IMG/VR virus record: IMGVR_UViG_3300037722_000238
Coordinates: 1 to 38,096 of that record
Strand: one strand, 5' to 3'
DNA length: 38,096 bases
DNA from: a virus
Lineage: Duplodnaviria > Caudoviricetes
The notes below the pieces were generated by a model that worked only from the letters and a program-made list of their open reading frames with translations, was not told the DNA's origin and ran no database searches. The position numbers and the translations under genes were made by a program. This document shows positions 25,483 to 34,974 of the stretch, piece by piece; position 1 is the first letter of the stretch, and the number at the start of each line of letters is the position of its first letter.

Positions 25483-25704
25483 CTACTTGGCGTCCTTGGC
25501 GTCGCCCTCATGGACCTCCGAGATGAGGTGATGACGCTGCCAGCGGCCGTTCCCGACCTTGACGTCATAGGCGAGCCGCGACACCGTCTTGTACGCCAGA
25601 CGGACCGCCCCCAGCCGGCAGCAGGTGGCAGCCATGCGAACCCGGGCTTTCGTCGAGAGCGGTATGCGACCTAGCACGGTGACCGTCACGGTTCGCTGGG
25701 CCAT
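25483..25704 (-). CDS. Hypothetical protein
   Basis: Coupled in the late operon. Confidence 0.55.
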   Translation of the reverse strand: MAQRTVTVTVLGRIPLSTKARVRMAATCCRLGAVRLAYKTVSRLAYDVKVGNGRWQRHHLISEVHEGDAKDAK

Positions 25705-25898
25705 CAGTCACCCTTCTCGGCTTGCTTCTTGGCCGCCGGCTTCTTGGCAGAACTGATGCCAAGGTCGTCCATCACGTCCGATAAGAGATGTTCTCGTCCT
25801 TCGACGATCGGATCGTCGGAACGGATCAGAGTCCCGGCTCTGATGTGGCGATCGCCTACTGTGATCGATGCGCGGACGCGTAGGGGTCGTACCGTCAT
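25704..25898 (-). CDS. Small head-associated hypothetical protein
   Basis: AGTLIRSDDPIVEGREHLL motif is typical of small post-capsid genes in actinophages; GAAGGGAG RBS. Confidence 0.65.
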   Translation of the reverse strand: MTVRPLRVRASITVGDRHIRAGTLIRSDDPIVEGREHLLSDVMDDLGISSAKKPAAKKQAEKGD

Positions 25899-25938
25899 GA
25901 GGATGCTCCCTTCTCTTGGGTTGGGTCCCCGTTGCCGG

Positions 25939-26205
25939 TTATTCGTGTTCGACGGTGACTTCGGCGGTGGTGACGGTGACGTGTATGCCGTCGGCGCAGA
26001 GCGCCCCGTCCGGGTCGGCGGCAGTCCACGTGACGGTGTCGCCTGTCGGTGCTCTGAGCGTTGCGACGATCGTCCCGCCTGATCCGCCACGTCGGACTAC
26101 TGCCACCCCGGCGGCGCCGGAGCCGGTGACGGCCAACGATTTGAGGATGGCCGATTCGGTGGTGATGTCGTCGGTGGCGGTGACGTGGGTGAGGGTCGAC
26201 GCCAT
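25939..26205 (-). CDS. Small beta-rich virion protein
   Basis: GAGGAG RBS; late operon. Confidence 0.65.
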   Translation of the reverse strand: MASTLTHVTATDDITTESAILKSLAVTGSGAAGVAVVRRGGSGGTIVATLRAPTGDTVTWTAADPDGALCADGIHVTVTTAEVTVEHE

Positions 26206-26208
26206 CGG

Positions 26209-26592
26209 TCACTCCTCCTCGTCGTCGTCTGCTGGAGGGGCGTCGGCGGCGGGGGCCGGCTGGGCGTCTCTAAGTGCCGCCCTGATGACCGCCACCTTCG
26301 CTTTCTTGTCCACGTCGACGCCACGTTCGGCGGCGAGGGCGAGCAGCTGCTTCTTGTTGAGCCCGTCCAGGTCGTCGCTGTCGTCTGCTGGGGGGCTGGT
26401 GGTGGCGTCGGCGAGCGCCTGCTTGGCGGCTTCGACTGTCGCCTTCTTCTCGTCGTTGACCGGGTCGAGGATTCCCGGCGAGTCCCGGTTCACGAGCGCC
26501 GCGAAGTCGTCTTCGAGTTCGACGACGGAGCCGGCGGTGAGAACACCGAGACTGGACCGGTAGTCCCACCCGACCGTGTAGTACTGGGGCAT
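26209..26592 (-). CDS. Protein with C-terminal Rho-N/HeH-like motif
   Basis: DLDGLNKKQLLALAAERGVDVDKKAKVAVIRAAL; AGGAGGAG RBS before MPQYY. Confidence 0.7.
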   Translation of the reverse strand: MPQYYTVGWDYRSSLGVLTAGSVVELEDDFAALVNRDSPGILDPVNDEKKATVEAAKQALADATTSPPADDSDDLDGLNKKQLLALAAERGVDVDKKAKVAVIRAALRDAQPAPAADAPPADDDEEE

Positions 26593-26608
26593 GATTCTTG
26601 TCTCCTCC

Positions 26609-27046
26609 TTAGGTCGTCGTGCGGTTGCGTCGTGCTGCCGTACGTGCTGCCGTACAGGCTCTGCACTGACGGCGCCCGTCTGGCCGCCAACGCGTGTTCG
26701 CCGTGTCGAAGGCATGACCTCGTTGGCAGTGCGTCGCAGCGCGAGCTTTCGCCGCCGCCACATACATCCCGCCACCGCGACGGGAGTTCTCGCCTTGTGT
26801 CACCGGCTCCATGTGAAATGGGTTCACGCAGGAACGGTTCCCGCACAGGTGATCGATGGTCAGCCCTGCCGGTATGGGGGCGCGGACAAGTTCGTACAGG
26901 ACCCTATGGGCGCGCAATAGCTTGCGACCTCCTGGGGCCTTGATCACGCCGTAGCCTTTGGAGTCCAGCGCGGCTTGCCACTCCCAGCAGCCGCCACCAT
27001 CGAGTCGGAACTTCCGGTGAAGACGCTCGTGGAGCGTCGTTCTCAC
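26609..27046 (-). CDS. Free-standing HNH endonuclease (homing-type) in the head module
   Basis: GCWEWQA..DSKGYG...RAHRVLYEL...IDHLCGNRSCVNPFHMEPVTQGEN, plus C-terminal THCQRGH...RQCRAC. Confidence 0.9.
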   Translation of the reverse strand: MRTTLHERLHRKFRLDGGGCWEWQAALDSKGYGVIKAPGGRKLLRAHRVLYELVRAPIPAGLTIDHLCGNRSCVNPFHMEPVTQGENSRRGGGMYVAAAKARAATHCQRGHAFDTANTRWRPDGRRQCRACTAARTAARRNRTTT

Positions 27047-27384
27047 GAAGAGGCTCCCACCATCCCGTACCAGCTGGTGCCGTCGCACCAGAGGATGGCG
27101 GCTTCGTTCTGGGTGGGTGTGACGATCGTGTCGGTGCCATCGTTTTCGATGGTGATGATCTCCGCTGCGTCCGCTTCGTTCGAGATCGTCACGAACGCAC
27201 CCTTGGATGCGGCTTCGGCGGGGAGGGTGACTGTTCGGGCCGACCCGCCCGGGTCGAACGCGAACCCCTGGTACTGGTCGATCTCGTCGACAGTGATCGT
27301 GCGGGCACCGGTGAGCGTCTCGAGCGGCTTCTGGGGGAAGCGGGACGATGACGTCTGCGAGTTGATGCCGATTACTTCACGCAT
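27043..27384 (-). CDS. Probable capsid decoration/cement protein
   Basis: Directly after the major capsid gene; beta-rich DPGGSARTVTLP...CDGTSWYG; AAAGGAG RBS. Confidence 0.6.
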   Translation of the reverse strand: MREVIGINSQTSSSRFPQKPLETLTGARTITVDEIDQYQGFAFDPGGSARTVTLPAEAASKGAFVTISNEADAAEIITIENDGTDTIVTPTQNEAAILWCDGTSWYGMVGASS

Positions 27385-27408
27385 GATGAGTTCTCCTTTC
27401 GGTTGATA

Positions 27409-27448
27409 CGCAGTCCATCCCGCGCGATACCGCGCGGGATGGACTGCG
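27409..27448. terminator. Perfect 18-bp inverted repeat after the capsid gene (attenuator or mRNA stabiliser)
   Basis: cgcagtccatcccgcgcg-atac-cgcgcgggatggactgcg; no U-tract. Confidence 0.65.
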
Positions 27449-27459
27449 ATCAGATCGCT

Positions 27460-28980
27460 TTATAAGGCGACGTTGTAGGCGACGGCGGCCGCTTCGATGC
27501 CGGAGGCGGCGCCGGTCGGTGAGTACCGGCCGAACCCGAGTCGCAGCGACCAGACCAGACGGGTCTGATCTGTGCCGGTCAGCCGTTCCACTTCGAAGCG
27601 GAGACGCCGGCGGACACCGGTCACGAATCCGGTCCGGTTGAACGCCACCACCTGGCCGAGCGTGTTGTTCGACCCGGTCGTCGACACCTTCCCGTCGGCT
27701 TCCGTCTTGGACAGGCGGATCGAGCTGATCAGCGGGTGCATTCCGATCCGGCCCTGCTGGCCGGTGAGGACTGTTGCCCTGTCGCCCATCTTGTCGACGG
27801 TGATCACCTCGTCGAGGAGGGCGATCCGGTCGCCGGTTTCCGGGTCGGAGACGTACACGAGATCCTCGGCCTCGTCCGGGTGACCCCAGTCGTGGTCGTA
27901 GGTGGTGTCCAACAGCAGTCCCCGCAGGTCGAGCAGCTTCCGGTAGGTGATCGGACCGGCCACGTCGTCGCCGTTGCCGGTGTTGTCGACCAGCGCCGCA
28001 TGACGGATCCCGTCGAACGCCAAATAGTGCTTGGTGTCGGCCGGGTCGGCGTCGTCCAGGTTGATGTTCCCGGTGCCGGCGTTGGTGGTGTCACCGTTCA
28101 GCACGAGACTGTCCGAATGTAACGCCACCGACCGGGCCGCCTGGGCTTGGAGGAACGGCACGTACGGGATGATCGAGTCCTCTTCCATCTCACCGGAGAA
28201 CATCTGGTGGATGACGAACTTCTTGGCGTCGACCTGCACCCGCTCCGACCCGGTCTTCACCGTGTCGTAGTTCGAACTGTTGTTCGCAGTGGATTCCCCG
28301 ACGAACAGCATCTCAGGGACGCCCGCCTCGACCGGCAGGTACGCGGTCGCATCGGTCATGTCGAACTGGCGGATCAGGGAGAACACCCTGGCACGGGCCT
28401 GGGCGCCCCGCCACAACTCCGAAATGTACTGGGCTCCGACCAGTTCGAGACCGAACCCGGTTTCGGCGGTGTCCATCGCCCCGTACACCTGACCGATCGA
28501 CGACATGGCCCGCCGGTAGCCGGCCTCGTCGAGGATGCCCTTGGAGCGCATCTCTTCAACATGTCGTTCGTCGTCTGCCCGGGCGATCGTCGCTGGCACA
28601 TGCCGGGTTTCGGACACTGCCGCGACCGCGTTCCGGAGCTCTTCGGACGGGCCCTCCTTGGACCGTCCTGACCGTTGGGCGGCTTCGAGGACATCGTGTG
28701 TGAATTCGATGTCGGCGACCGTCATGCCCTTCCGGTGGTATTTCGACCCGGCCAGCTTGTCGTCTCCGCGGCCGTGCTTCAGCTTCGAGATGATCTCGGT
28801 GCCGTCGTCGTCTTCGAGGAACGCTTTGACGGCGTCCTTGATCTGCTCGGCTGAGGGGATGGCGTTGCGAGCCTCCGCCAGTTCCTCCTTGGAGGCGAGA
28901 CCGGCGGTCTTCTCGTCGATGGTGGCGGACAGGCGCTGGGCGACTTCGGCGGCCAGCGTGTCCACGTTGCTATCCGACAT
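27460..28980 (-). CDS. Major capsid protein (HK97 fold) with N-terminal scaffold/delta region
   Basis: 506 aa from MSDSNV (AAAGGAG RBS); AMDTAETGFGLELV, FVGE, SGEMEEDSII, LNGD, AFDGIR motifs. Confidence 0.9.
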   Translation of the reverse strand: MSDSNVDTLAAEVAQRLSATIDEKTAGLASKEELAEARNAIPSAEQIKDAVKAFLEDDDGTEIISKLKHGRGDDKLAGSKYHRKGMTVADIEFTHDVLEAAQRSGRSKEGPSEELRNAVAAVSETRHVPATIARADDERHVEEMRSKGILDEAGYRRAMSSIGQVYGAMDTAETGFGLELVGAQYISELWRGAQARARVFSLIRQFDMTDATAYLPVEAGVPEMLFVGESTANNSSNYDTVKTGSERVQVDAKKFVIHQMFSGEMEEDSIIPYVPFLQAQAARSVALHSDSLVLNGDTTNAGTGNINLDDADPADTKHYLAFDGIRHAALVDNTGNGDDVAGPITYRKLLDLRGLLLDTTYDHDWGHPDEAEDLVYVSDPETGDRIALLDEVITVDKMGDRATVLTGQQGRIGMHPLISSIRLSKTEADGKVSTTGSNNTLGQVVAFNRTGFVTGVRRRLRFEVERLTGTDQTRLVWSLRLGFGRYSPTGAASGIEAAAVAYNVAL

Positions 28981-29059
28981 GGGAGTACTCCTTTTCTCGT
29001 CGGATCGGTGGTTGGCCGCTGGACGGCGGCCAGCGCCCCTTGTCGGGGGCACACTTGGT

Positions 29060-29992
29060 TCAGAGGTGCTTGAGGAGCGCCTCGTAGAGGTCGGATTCGG
29101 GGGCGGCGGCAGCCGGTTCGACAGCGGGAACGGCGGCCGCGGTGAGGGGCCTCGATTGGCTTGCACCGGCGAGTTCGGAGATCACCTGGTTGAGGGTGGC
29201 GACCCGGTCGGCCATCCCTTCGGTGACAGCGTTCTCAGCGGTGACCATCCGACCCTCCCCGAACCCGGCGCGGACGGAGGCGACGGAGGTGCGTCGGCCG
29301 CGGGCGACATCGGTGACGAACATGTCGTAGTAGGTGTCGATCATCTTCTGGAACGCGGCGCGGGCTTCGTCGCCGAGCGGTTCGAACGGGTTGCCTTCCG
29401 TCTTGAACCGGCCGGCCGAGATGAGAGTGGTGGTGACGCCGAGCTTGTCGTCGAACCGGGACCAGTCTTCGTGGGCGGACCACACTCCGATCGATCCGAC
29501 CTGGCCTGACGGGGTGACGACCAGCTCGTCGGCTTGGGCTGCCAGCCAGTAGGCGGCGGACGCTGCCTCCGTGTTCGCCACCGCGGTGACCGGTTTGGTC
29601 GTGTTGCGGATCTGCTCGGCGGTTTCCGGTACGAGATCGACGAGACCGCCCGGTGACGACACGTCGAGGACGATCGACCCGACCTGGCTGTCCCGGTCCG
29701 CTTCGGCGAGGGCTGATCCGAACCGTTGCAGCGACGTGCCCCCGGACATTTCTGTGAACAGGTTGGCCCTGGGGAAGATCGACCCCCAGATGGGGATGAT
29801 GGCTACCGCGCCGGACTGGCGGGGCGCCCTACGGGCAGCCTCCGCGGCCTTGAACTGTTCGGCCATTTCCCGATCGGAGAACGGTTCGCCGTGGGCCCGG
29901 TCGGCGAGAATGTCGAGGATCGCACCGAGCGCGGCCGGACGGATCGCCCACGGGTTTTCGAGCACATACTGGATGACCCGTTCGTACTTCAT
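29060..29992 (-). CDS. Prohead protease, S49 (SppA/ClpP-like) family
   Basis: IVLDVSSPGG, AASAAYWLAAQAD, VGSIGV, FGEGRMV...GMADRV. Confidence 0.9.
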   Translation of the reverse strand: MKYERVIQYVLENPWAIRPAALGAILDILADRAHGEPFSDREMAEQFKAAEAARRAPRQSGAVAIIPIWGSIFPRANLFTEMSGGTSLQRFGSALAEADRDSQVGSIVLDVSSPGGLVDLVPETAEQIRNTTKPVTAVANTEAASAAYWLAAQADELVVTPSGQVGSIGVWSAHEDWSRFDDKLGVTTTLISAGRFKTEGNPFEPLGDEARAAFQKMIDTYYDMFVTDVARGRRTSVASVRAGFGEGRMVTAENAVTEGMADRVATLNQVISELAGASQSRPLTAAAVPAVEPAAAAPESDLYEALLKHL

Positions 29993-30006
29993 CGGAGCTC
30001 CTTCCG

Positions 30007-30519
30007 TCACGACTGGTCGGCGAATGTGATCGCGTCGGACACTGCGATCGAGCCGCCCGCCAGAACGACAACGAGGTAGTAGGTGTCGACGCCCGGGTCG
30101 GTCAGGTCGATGTCGAGGTCGATGTCGCCGTCAGCTTCGGACTGGAGGATCCAGCAGGTGTCGGTGACGAGTTCGGCGATGATCGCCCCGTCGGTTCCGA
30201 TGGTCACGTCGGTGGGGGCTGACCCTTCGATGCCGAGGCCGGCCGAGTCGGCTGAAAGGAACGCTACGACCACGGCCGGTGCGCTCAGCGGGTCACCTGC
30301 CGCGTCGTTGAGTTGGATGGCCACGTTGATCGTGTCGGCGGTTTCGTCGCCGATGGTGAAGGCGGCTGCGACCGCCCCCCCGTTGAGGACGTTGGCGAGG
30401 GCATGAAGCGAGTTGTGGTCGGCTTCGTGGTTCTCCCAGACGTAACGGTCGACGACGGCACCCGCCAGATGCGTGCTGTGGGATGGTTCGGCACGGTCGG
30501 TTTCAAGAGGCCAGCTCAT
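30007..30519 (-). CDS. Acidic beta-rich probable virion protein between portal and protease
   Basis: 170 aa; FTIGDETADTINVAIQLND...SEADGDIDL. Confidence 0.65.
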   Translation of the reverse strand: MSWPLETDRAEPSHSTHLAGAVVDRYVWENHEADHNSLHALANVLNGGAVAAAFTIGDETADTINVAIQLNDAAGDPLSAPAVVVAFLSADSAGLGIEGSAPTDVTIGTDGAIIAELVTDTCWILQSEADGDIDLDIDLTDPGVDTYYLVVVLAGGSIAVSDAITFADQS

Positions 30520-30555
30520 AGTGTCACTCCCATCTCTCTTCGGGTCTGACGTGGA

Positions 30556-31935
30556 TCAGTGATGCCCATTGCTTGACCCTCCGTGGCCTGCGTCGGCCAG
30601 TTCGGCGGTGACGAGGCGGGCGATCAGGTCCGCCTGGTTCATGTCCCGGGCCGCCTCACTGTTGTCGGCACCGTTGGTGGCCTGGTTGGCGGCGACGGGC
30701 CCGTCCGGGCCGTCGACCGGTGCCTTGTTAACGGGCGCCCACCAGACGTCGCCCCACGGGACGGACGGCATGCCCTTCGACTTGCGCCATTCGTTGATCA
30801 GGAGGCTGCCACCGTCGATCTGTTGACGTTCCCGCGTCCACACGGCGGTGGCAGCCTCCTGCAGGGCGGGGATGGTGGTGAAGTCCCAGGCCAGATGGTT
30901 CACTTTGCGGCGGCCACCGAACATGGGCAGCAGCTGTTCTTCGAGGTCGGAGGCGTAGAAGTTCCCTTCGGGGACGCCGGTGTGCTCCCAGAAGATCCGC
31001 TGATACTCGCGGACGTTGGCGAGGGTCGGATCCTGATGGTCGAAGACGAGCGGCGGCGGCACCCCGTACGCCCGGCATACCTGCCGGAACGTGAGGGACA
31101 GGCCGGCTGAGAACTCGGCGTCCTTGGGGGTGACACCCATCGACTGGATGGCCGCTTCGAACCTGAGGATCGCCCACCGGTGCGCCTTGTCCGATCCGGT
31201 GAACCGTCGGACGAGGAGCCGCTCGAGGTCGTCTACCTGTTCGGAGGAGAACTGGACTTTGTCTTTGGCGGGTGCGATGACCCCGCCCAGCTGCATCCCC
31301 TGGGAGAACAGTTTCTTGTTGGACTGCATCGACGACGAGGCGACGTCGGCGGCGAGTCGGGCGGCGCCGAGCGGTGACAGTCCGGCGTACTGGTCGATCG
31401 GGTTCGGATAGCGGAACCAGACGATCTCGTCGGGCCGGAACGGGACCCGTTCCCCGGTGGCGGACTCGTAGATGAACCCGGCCAGCCACCGGTCCCGGTC
31501 CGGTACCGGATGCAGCTGGGGTGATTTCAGCCACCAGATCTCGCGGGGGGTGCCGTTCTTGTCACGGTTGACCGCCCACGGGCATTCACCCCACACGCCC
31601 ATCGACAGTTCCGTCTGTCGCATGAGCCGGGCGAACGTCCAATGCTCGTTGACCTTGTGCAGCAGGTCGATCTCGGCGCCGGCGGTGATCTCGGTCTTTT
31701 CGGATCCGCGCCGGTCGTATCCGAGGAGTGGCAGCGACCCGAACTGGCGGGCCCGGAAGTTCGCCACCGAGTAGATCTCGTTGGAGGTGGCCAGATAGTT
31801 GCCGTATTCGACCGGTCCGAACTCGTCGCGGTGGCCATGTTCGGATTCCCAGTCGGCCAGGTGGTTCGGGACCGGATAGCCGGGGCCTTTGCCGAGGATC
31901 TGGGCCCGGTTGATGATCTGGTCGAGGATCGTCAT
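30556..31935 (-). CDS. Portal protein (HK97 family)
   Basis: EIVWFRYPNP...GLSPLGAA, MGVTPKDAEF, VCRAYGVPP, INEWRK..GMPSVPWGD. Confidence 0.92.
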   Translation of the reverse strand: MTILDQIINRAQILGKGPGYPVPNHLADWESEHGHRDEFGPVEYGNYLATSNEIYSVANFRARQFGSLPLLGYDRRGSEKTEITAGAEIDLLHKVNEHWTFARLMRQTELSMGVWGECPWAVNRDKNGTPREIWWLKSPQLHPVPDRDRWLAGFIYESATGERVPFRPDEIVWFRYPNPIDQYAGLSPLGAARLAADVASSSMQSNKKLFSQGMQLGGVIAPAKDKVQFSSEQVDDLERLLVRRFTGSDKAHRWAILRFEAAIQSMGVTPKDAEFSAGLSLTFRQVCRAYGVPPPLVFDHQDPTLANVREYQRIFWEHTGVPEGNFYASDLEEQLLPMFGGRRKVNHLAWDFTTIPALQEAATAVWTRERQQIDGGSLLINEWRKSKGMPSVPWGDVWWAPVNKAPVDGPDGPVAANQATNGADNSEAARDMNQADLIARLVTAELADAGHGGSSNGHH

Positions 31936-32135
31936 ACGCTGATCCTTTTCCTGTTGACCGGCGGATGCATCTCGAACGGGGTTCGCAGAATGTACGAGCC
32001 GGTGGTGGCGTCCCATCGGAGCGGGAGGAAGCACCGGTCGCAGCACCGGCCGTATTTGGCGTCGAACACTGGGGTGTGGGTTCCGTACCGGTCGTGTAGC
32101 CAGCGTCGCAGGCCCCTCCAGTGACGTCCGAGCAT
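31932..32135 (-). CDS. Hypothetical protein
   Basis: TGATG and ATGA overlaps. Confidence 0.55.
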   Translation of the reverse strand: MLGRHWRGLRRWLHDRYGTHTPVFDAKYGRCCDRCFLPLRWDATTGSYILRTPFEMHPPVNRKRISV

Positions 32136-32344
32136 CAGTGGCGGGCGCCTCGGCCGGTCTGGTATCCGAGTGTGAGGCCGGCCCACGCCCACACGCCGGC
32201 GACGAACAACGCCCGGACAACAAACCCGACGGCCGCTCCGGCCAGCCAGAACGGGATGGTGACCGCTCCGATAAGAACCCGGCGTGGTTCGACGGTGGCG
32301 GTTTTCTGTTCGACGTAGTCGACGAGGTGAGCGACAGCGGTCAT
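32135..32344 (-). CDS. Small membrane protein
   Basis: Hydrophobic segments; typical of genes between TerL and portal; AAAGGA RBS. Confidence 0.6.
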   Translation of the reverse strand: MTAVAHLVDYVEQKTATVEPRRVLIGAVTIPFWLAGAAVGFVVRALFVAGVWAWAGLTLGYQTGRGARH

Positions 32345-32360
32345 GGGGCGGGGGTCCTTT

Positions 32361-34058
32361 CTAGACGGCGAGGTCACCGTCGATGGTCACGATCTGGTCT
32401 CGTTCGCGGGTGGCGGCAGCGACGGCGTTGACGAGGGCGGAGATACCGTCGATCTTGTCCGCCGACTTCTTCTTGTCGGCTGCGATGTTCCCGTTGGCAT
32501 CCGAGCGGAGGACAGCGTTGAGTGCCATCCATCGGAGCACCGGATGCCCGCCATGGTTGAGGTCGCCGGCGCCGACCATCCGCTCGAGCTCTTTGGTCGG
32601 CGAGTTGAGCTTGGCGATCGACTGGGACAGCGGCCAGACGGTCATGCCCTTTTCCATCAGATGGGAGATCAGCTGCGTCGAGTTCCACGGGTCGTAGGCG
32701 GCTTCGATCACGTTGAACGTCGAGGCGTCCTTCTCCGCTTGGGTTTCGATGGCGTCATAGTGGGTCATGTCGCCTTCGGTGATGGTCAGCCGCCCGGCCC
32801 GTTCCCAGGCGATCAGCTGGTTGCGGATCGGTGCCCGCCGGTCGACCGCCTCGGCCGGAACGAAGATCCTCGGTAGCACCTTCCACCGGCCGCCGTCCGG
32901 GTCCCCCTCGACCGGTGGGAACAGAAGCAGCCACACAGCGAAGTCCGACACGTTCGACAGGTCGATACCGGCGTAACAGTCCCGCCCTTTCAACTCGGCC
33001 TCGTCGACCATGCCGAGACCCTTGTCCCACTGGCGGGGAGTGAACCATTTCCCTTCGATCCGCATCCGCAGGTTCAGATGCAACCGGCAGAACGTCGGGA
33101 AGTAGGAGGGGGTTTCCCGCGCCTTGTTCGCCTCCTTGCGGAGATACTCGACCGACACGGTCTTCCCGTATCCGGGGTTCGCCTTCTTCCAGGTGGCCTC
33201 AACGAACGGGTCGTCGTCTTTCGACGCCGCCCAGATCACCCCATAGTGGGTGGCGTCGGTCACGGATCCGTCCGCCAGCTTCCGGGTGTAGTTGTGCTTC
33301 TCCCCGTAGATCGTCGTGTCGTCACCGTCGTCGGATGTGGTGATGAAGATGACCAGCGGCTGCGCCCGGGAGCCTGTGCCGGTTTCGATGGCGTCGACCA
33401 GACCCCGGGACTTGTGCACGTGGATCTCGTCGATGACCGCACCCGAAGGGTTCAGCCCGTGGGCGGCTTCCGCAACCTTCGAGAGGACACGGAAGATGCT
33501 GCCTGTCGACGGATACCGGATGACTTCGCGGAGCGGATCGATCCGATCGCGCAGCGCCGGCGACGCCATCGCCATCTTCAACGCTTCCCCGAAGACGATC
33601 CCCGCCTGCGGTTTCGTGGTGGCAGCCGCATACACTTCGGCGCCCGGCTCGGAATCCGCTGACAGCAGCACCAGTCCCAGACCGGACGACATCGTCGACT
33701 TGCCGTTCTTGCGGGGCACCTCGATCCAGGCGGTGCGGATGACCCGCAGCCCCTGCGGGAACTCGACGGTCGGTGGATGCTTCCATCCGAAGATCGGGGC
33801 GATCACCCAGAGGATCTGCCATGGGTCCGGTACGAACGGGGTCCGCGCCCACCGGCCCTTCGTATGCTTCAGATTTGACAGCGCCTTCAGTACCCGGTCA
33901 ACAGCGTCCGGGTCGAACCATGCGCCCTCCACCTTGCGGACGGTCGGAGTCCACACGGCCGGCCGGGCAGCGACCGCCTCCTCGAGCTGTTCTTTCGTGA
34001 GCCAACGGTCGAGCGCCTTGCGGGGGACCGGAAGCTCAGTCGAACGGCGAGTCGCCAT
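32361..34058 (-). CDS. terL: Terminase large subunit (Terminase_1 / HK97-like)
   Basis: Walker A VPRKNGKST, Walker B AVIDEIH, GIDLS, DKIDGISAL. Confidence 0.96.
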   Translation of the reverse strand: MATRRSTELPVPRKALDRWLTKEQLEEAVAARPAVWTPTVRKVEGAWFDPDAVDRVLKALSNLKHTKGRWARTPFVPDPWQILWVIAPIFGWKHPPTVEFPQGLRVIRTAWIEVPRKNGKSTMSSGLGLVLLSADSEPGAEVYAAATTKPQAGIVFGEALKMAMASPALRDRIDPLREVIRYPSTGSIFRVLSKVAEAAHGLNPSGAVIDEIHVHKSRGLVDAIETGTGSRAQPLVIFITTSDDGDDTTIYGEKHNYTRKLADGSVTDATHYGVIWAASKDDDPFVEATWKKANPGYGKTVSVEYLRKEANKARETPSYFPTFCRLHLNLRMRIEGKWFTPRQWDKGLGMVDEAELKGRDCYAGIDLSNVSDFAVWLLLFPPVEGDPDGGRWKVLPRIFVPAEAVDRRAPIRNQLIAWERAGRLTITEGDMTHYDAIETQAEKDASTFNVIEAAYDPWNSTQLISHLMEKGMTVWPLSQSIAKLNSPTKELERMVGAGDLNHGGHPVLRWMALNAVLRSDANGNIAADKKKSADKIDGISALVNAVAAATRERDQIVTIDGDLAV

Positions 34059-34539
34059 CGGGCCCGCCGGCTGCGTTCATCGCATCCCGCGCCACCGGTG
34101 ACAGTCCCAGCTGACCGACATAGAACTTGAGCTGGGTGCGGAGCTGATTCGCCACCGTCGACGACGGGTTCTTCATCGCTCCCCGCTCGCCCCACTGCCA
34201 GATCCCCTGGGTCGACAGATCCCGGACCGTCTCCTGCAGCTGCGACCACATCAGGCAATAGTCGACGAGCACCGTCCTATCAACCGAAGCGAGAATCCCC
34301 TGGGAGTCCAACACCGGCACCACACGCCGCCACTCATCACGAGCCCACCCCCGCATCCGCCCGTTCGCGTCCGCATGGGTGCCGTTCGTGACCGGAAACC
34401 AGGCACGCCAGTCCGGCTCGCCGGGCGCCTCCGGCGTCAGCCGCAACCCGCCCTCGAGATCCTGCTTCGAACGCTTCCCCGGGTTCCCCTCGCGGACGAC
34501 CTGAAGGTTGGGCCGACGGGCAGGTCCAGGCTTGGCCAT
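34036..34539 (-). CDS. terS: Terminase small subunit (P27 family)
   Basis: GNPGKR, EWRRVVPVL, LVDYC, KNP, QLGLSPVAR. Confidence 0.92.
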   Translation of the reverse strand: MAKPGPARRPNLQVVREGNPGKRSKQDLEGGLRLTPEAPGEPDWRAWFPVTNGTHADANGRMRGWARDEWRRVVPVLDSQGILASVDRTVLVDYCLMWSQLQETVRDLSTQGIWQWGERGAMKNPSSTVANQLRTQLKFYVGQLGLSPVARDAMNAAGGPDGDSPFD

Positions 34540-34560
34540 CAGGCACCTCCGCTCATTCGA

Positions 34561-34974
34561 TCAAACGTCCGGCGCCACGCGAAAGGGTAGAGCGGGGTCG
34601 TCGGGTGGTTCGGCGGTTTCTGATTTGGAGGGGGCTATCCCCCTGGGGTGTCCCCCTGGGGTGTGTCCGGTGCCGAGTTGGGCGTTGAGGCTGCGGCAGA
34701 TGACTGTCCAGCCGTCTTGGAGGGTTCCGCCGTGGGCTCGGGGGTTGAGGTGGTGGACTGTGAGGTCTGGGGTGGGGTGTGGGGGGTGGTCCCGGTCTGG
34801 GATGCCGGCACAGATGTTGCCGACGCGGGTACGCCAGTCGTTGAGGATCGCCCGTCTCTGTCGTTCGTCTGGGTGGTCGCGGGGGGACGGTTTACGGTAC
34901 GGGTGGCTGCGGCAGCGGCCTCCGGTGGCGAGCCGTCCGCAGACAACACACGGTCGGGGTGGGAGGCTGGGCAT
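34561..34974 (-). CDS. Terminase-associated HNH protein (HK97 gp74-like)
   Basis: PRPCVVCG..GRCRSH, DLTVHHLNPRAHGG...VICRSLNA; directly upstream of terS; GAGGAGG RBS. Confidence 0.75.
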   Translation of the reverse strand: MPSLPPRPCVVCGRLATGGRCRSHPYRKPSPRDHPDERQRRAILNDWRTRVGNICAGIPDRDHPPHPTPDLTVHHLNPRAHGGTLQDGWTVICRSLNAQLGTGHTPGGHPRGIAPSKSETAEPPDDPALPFRVAPDV

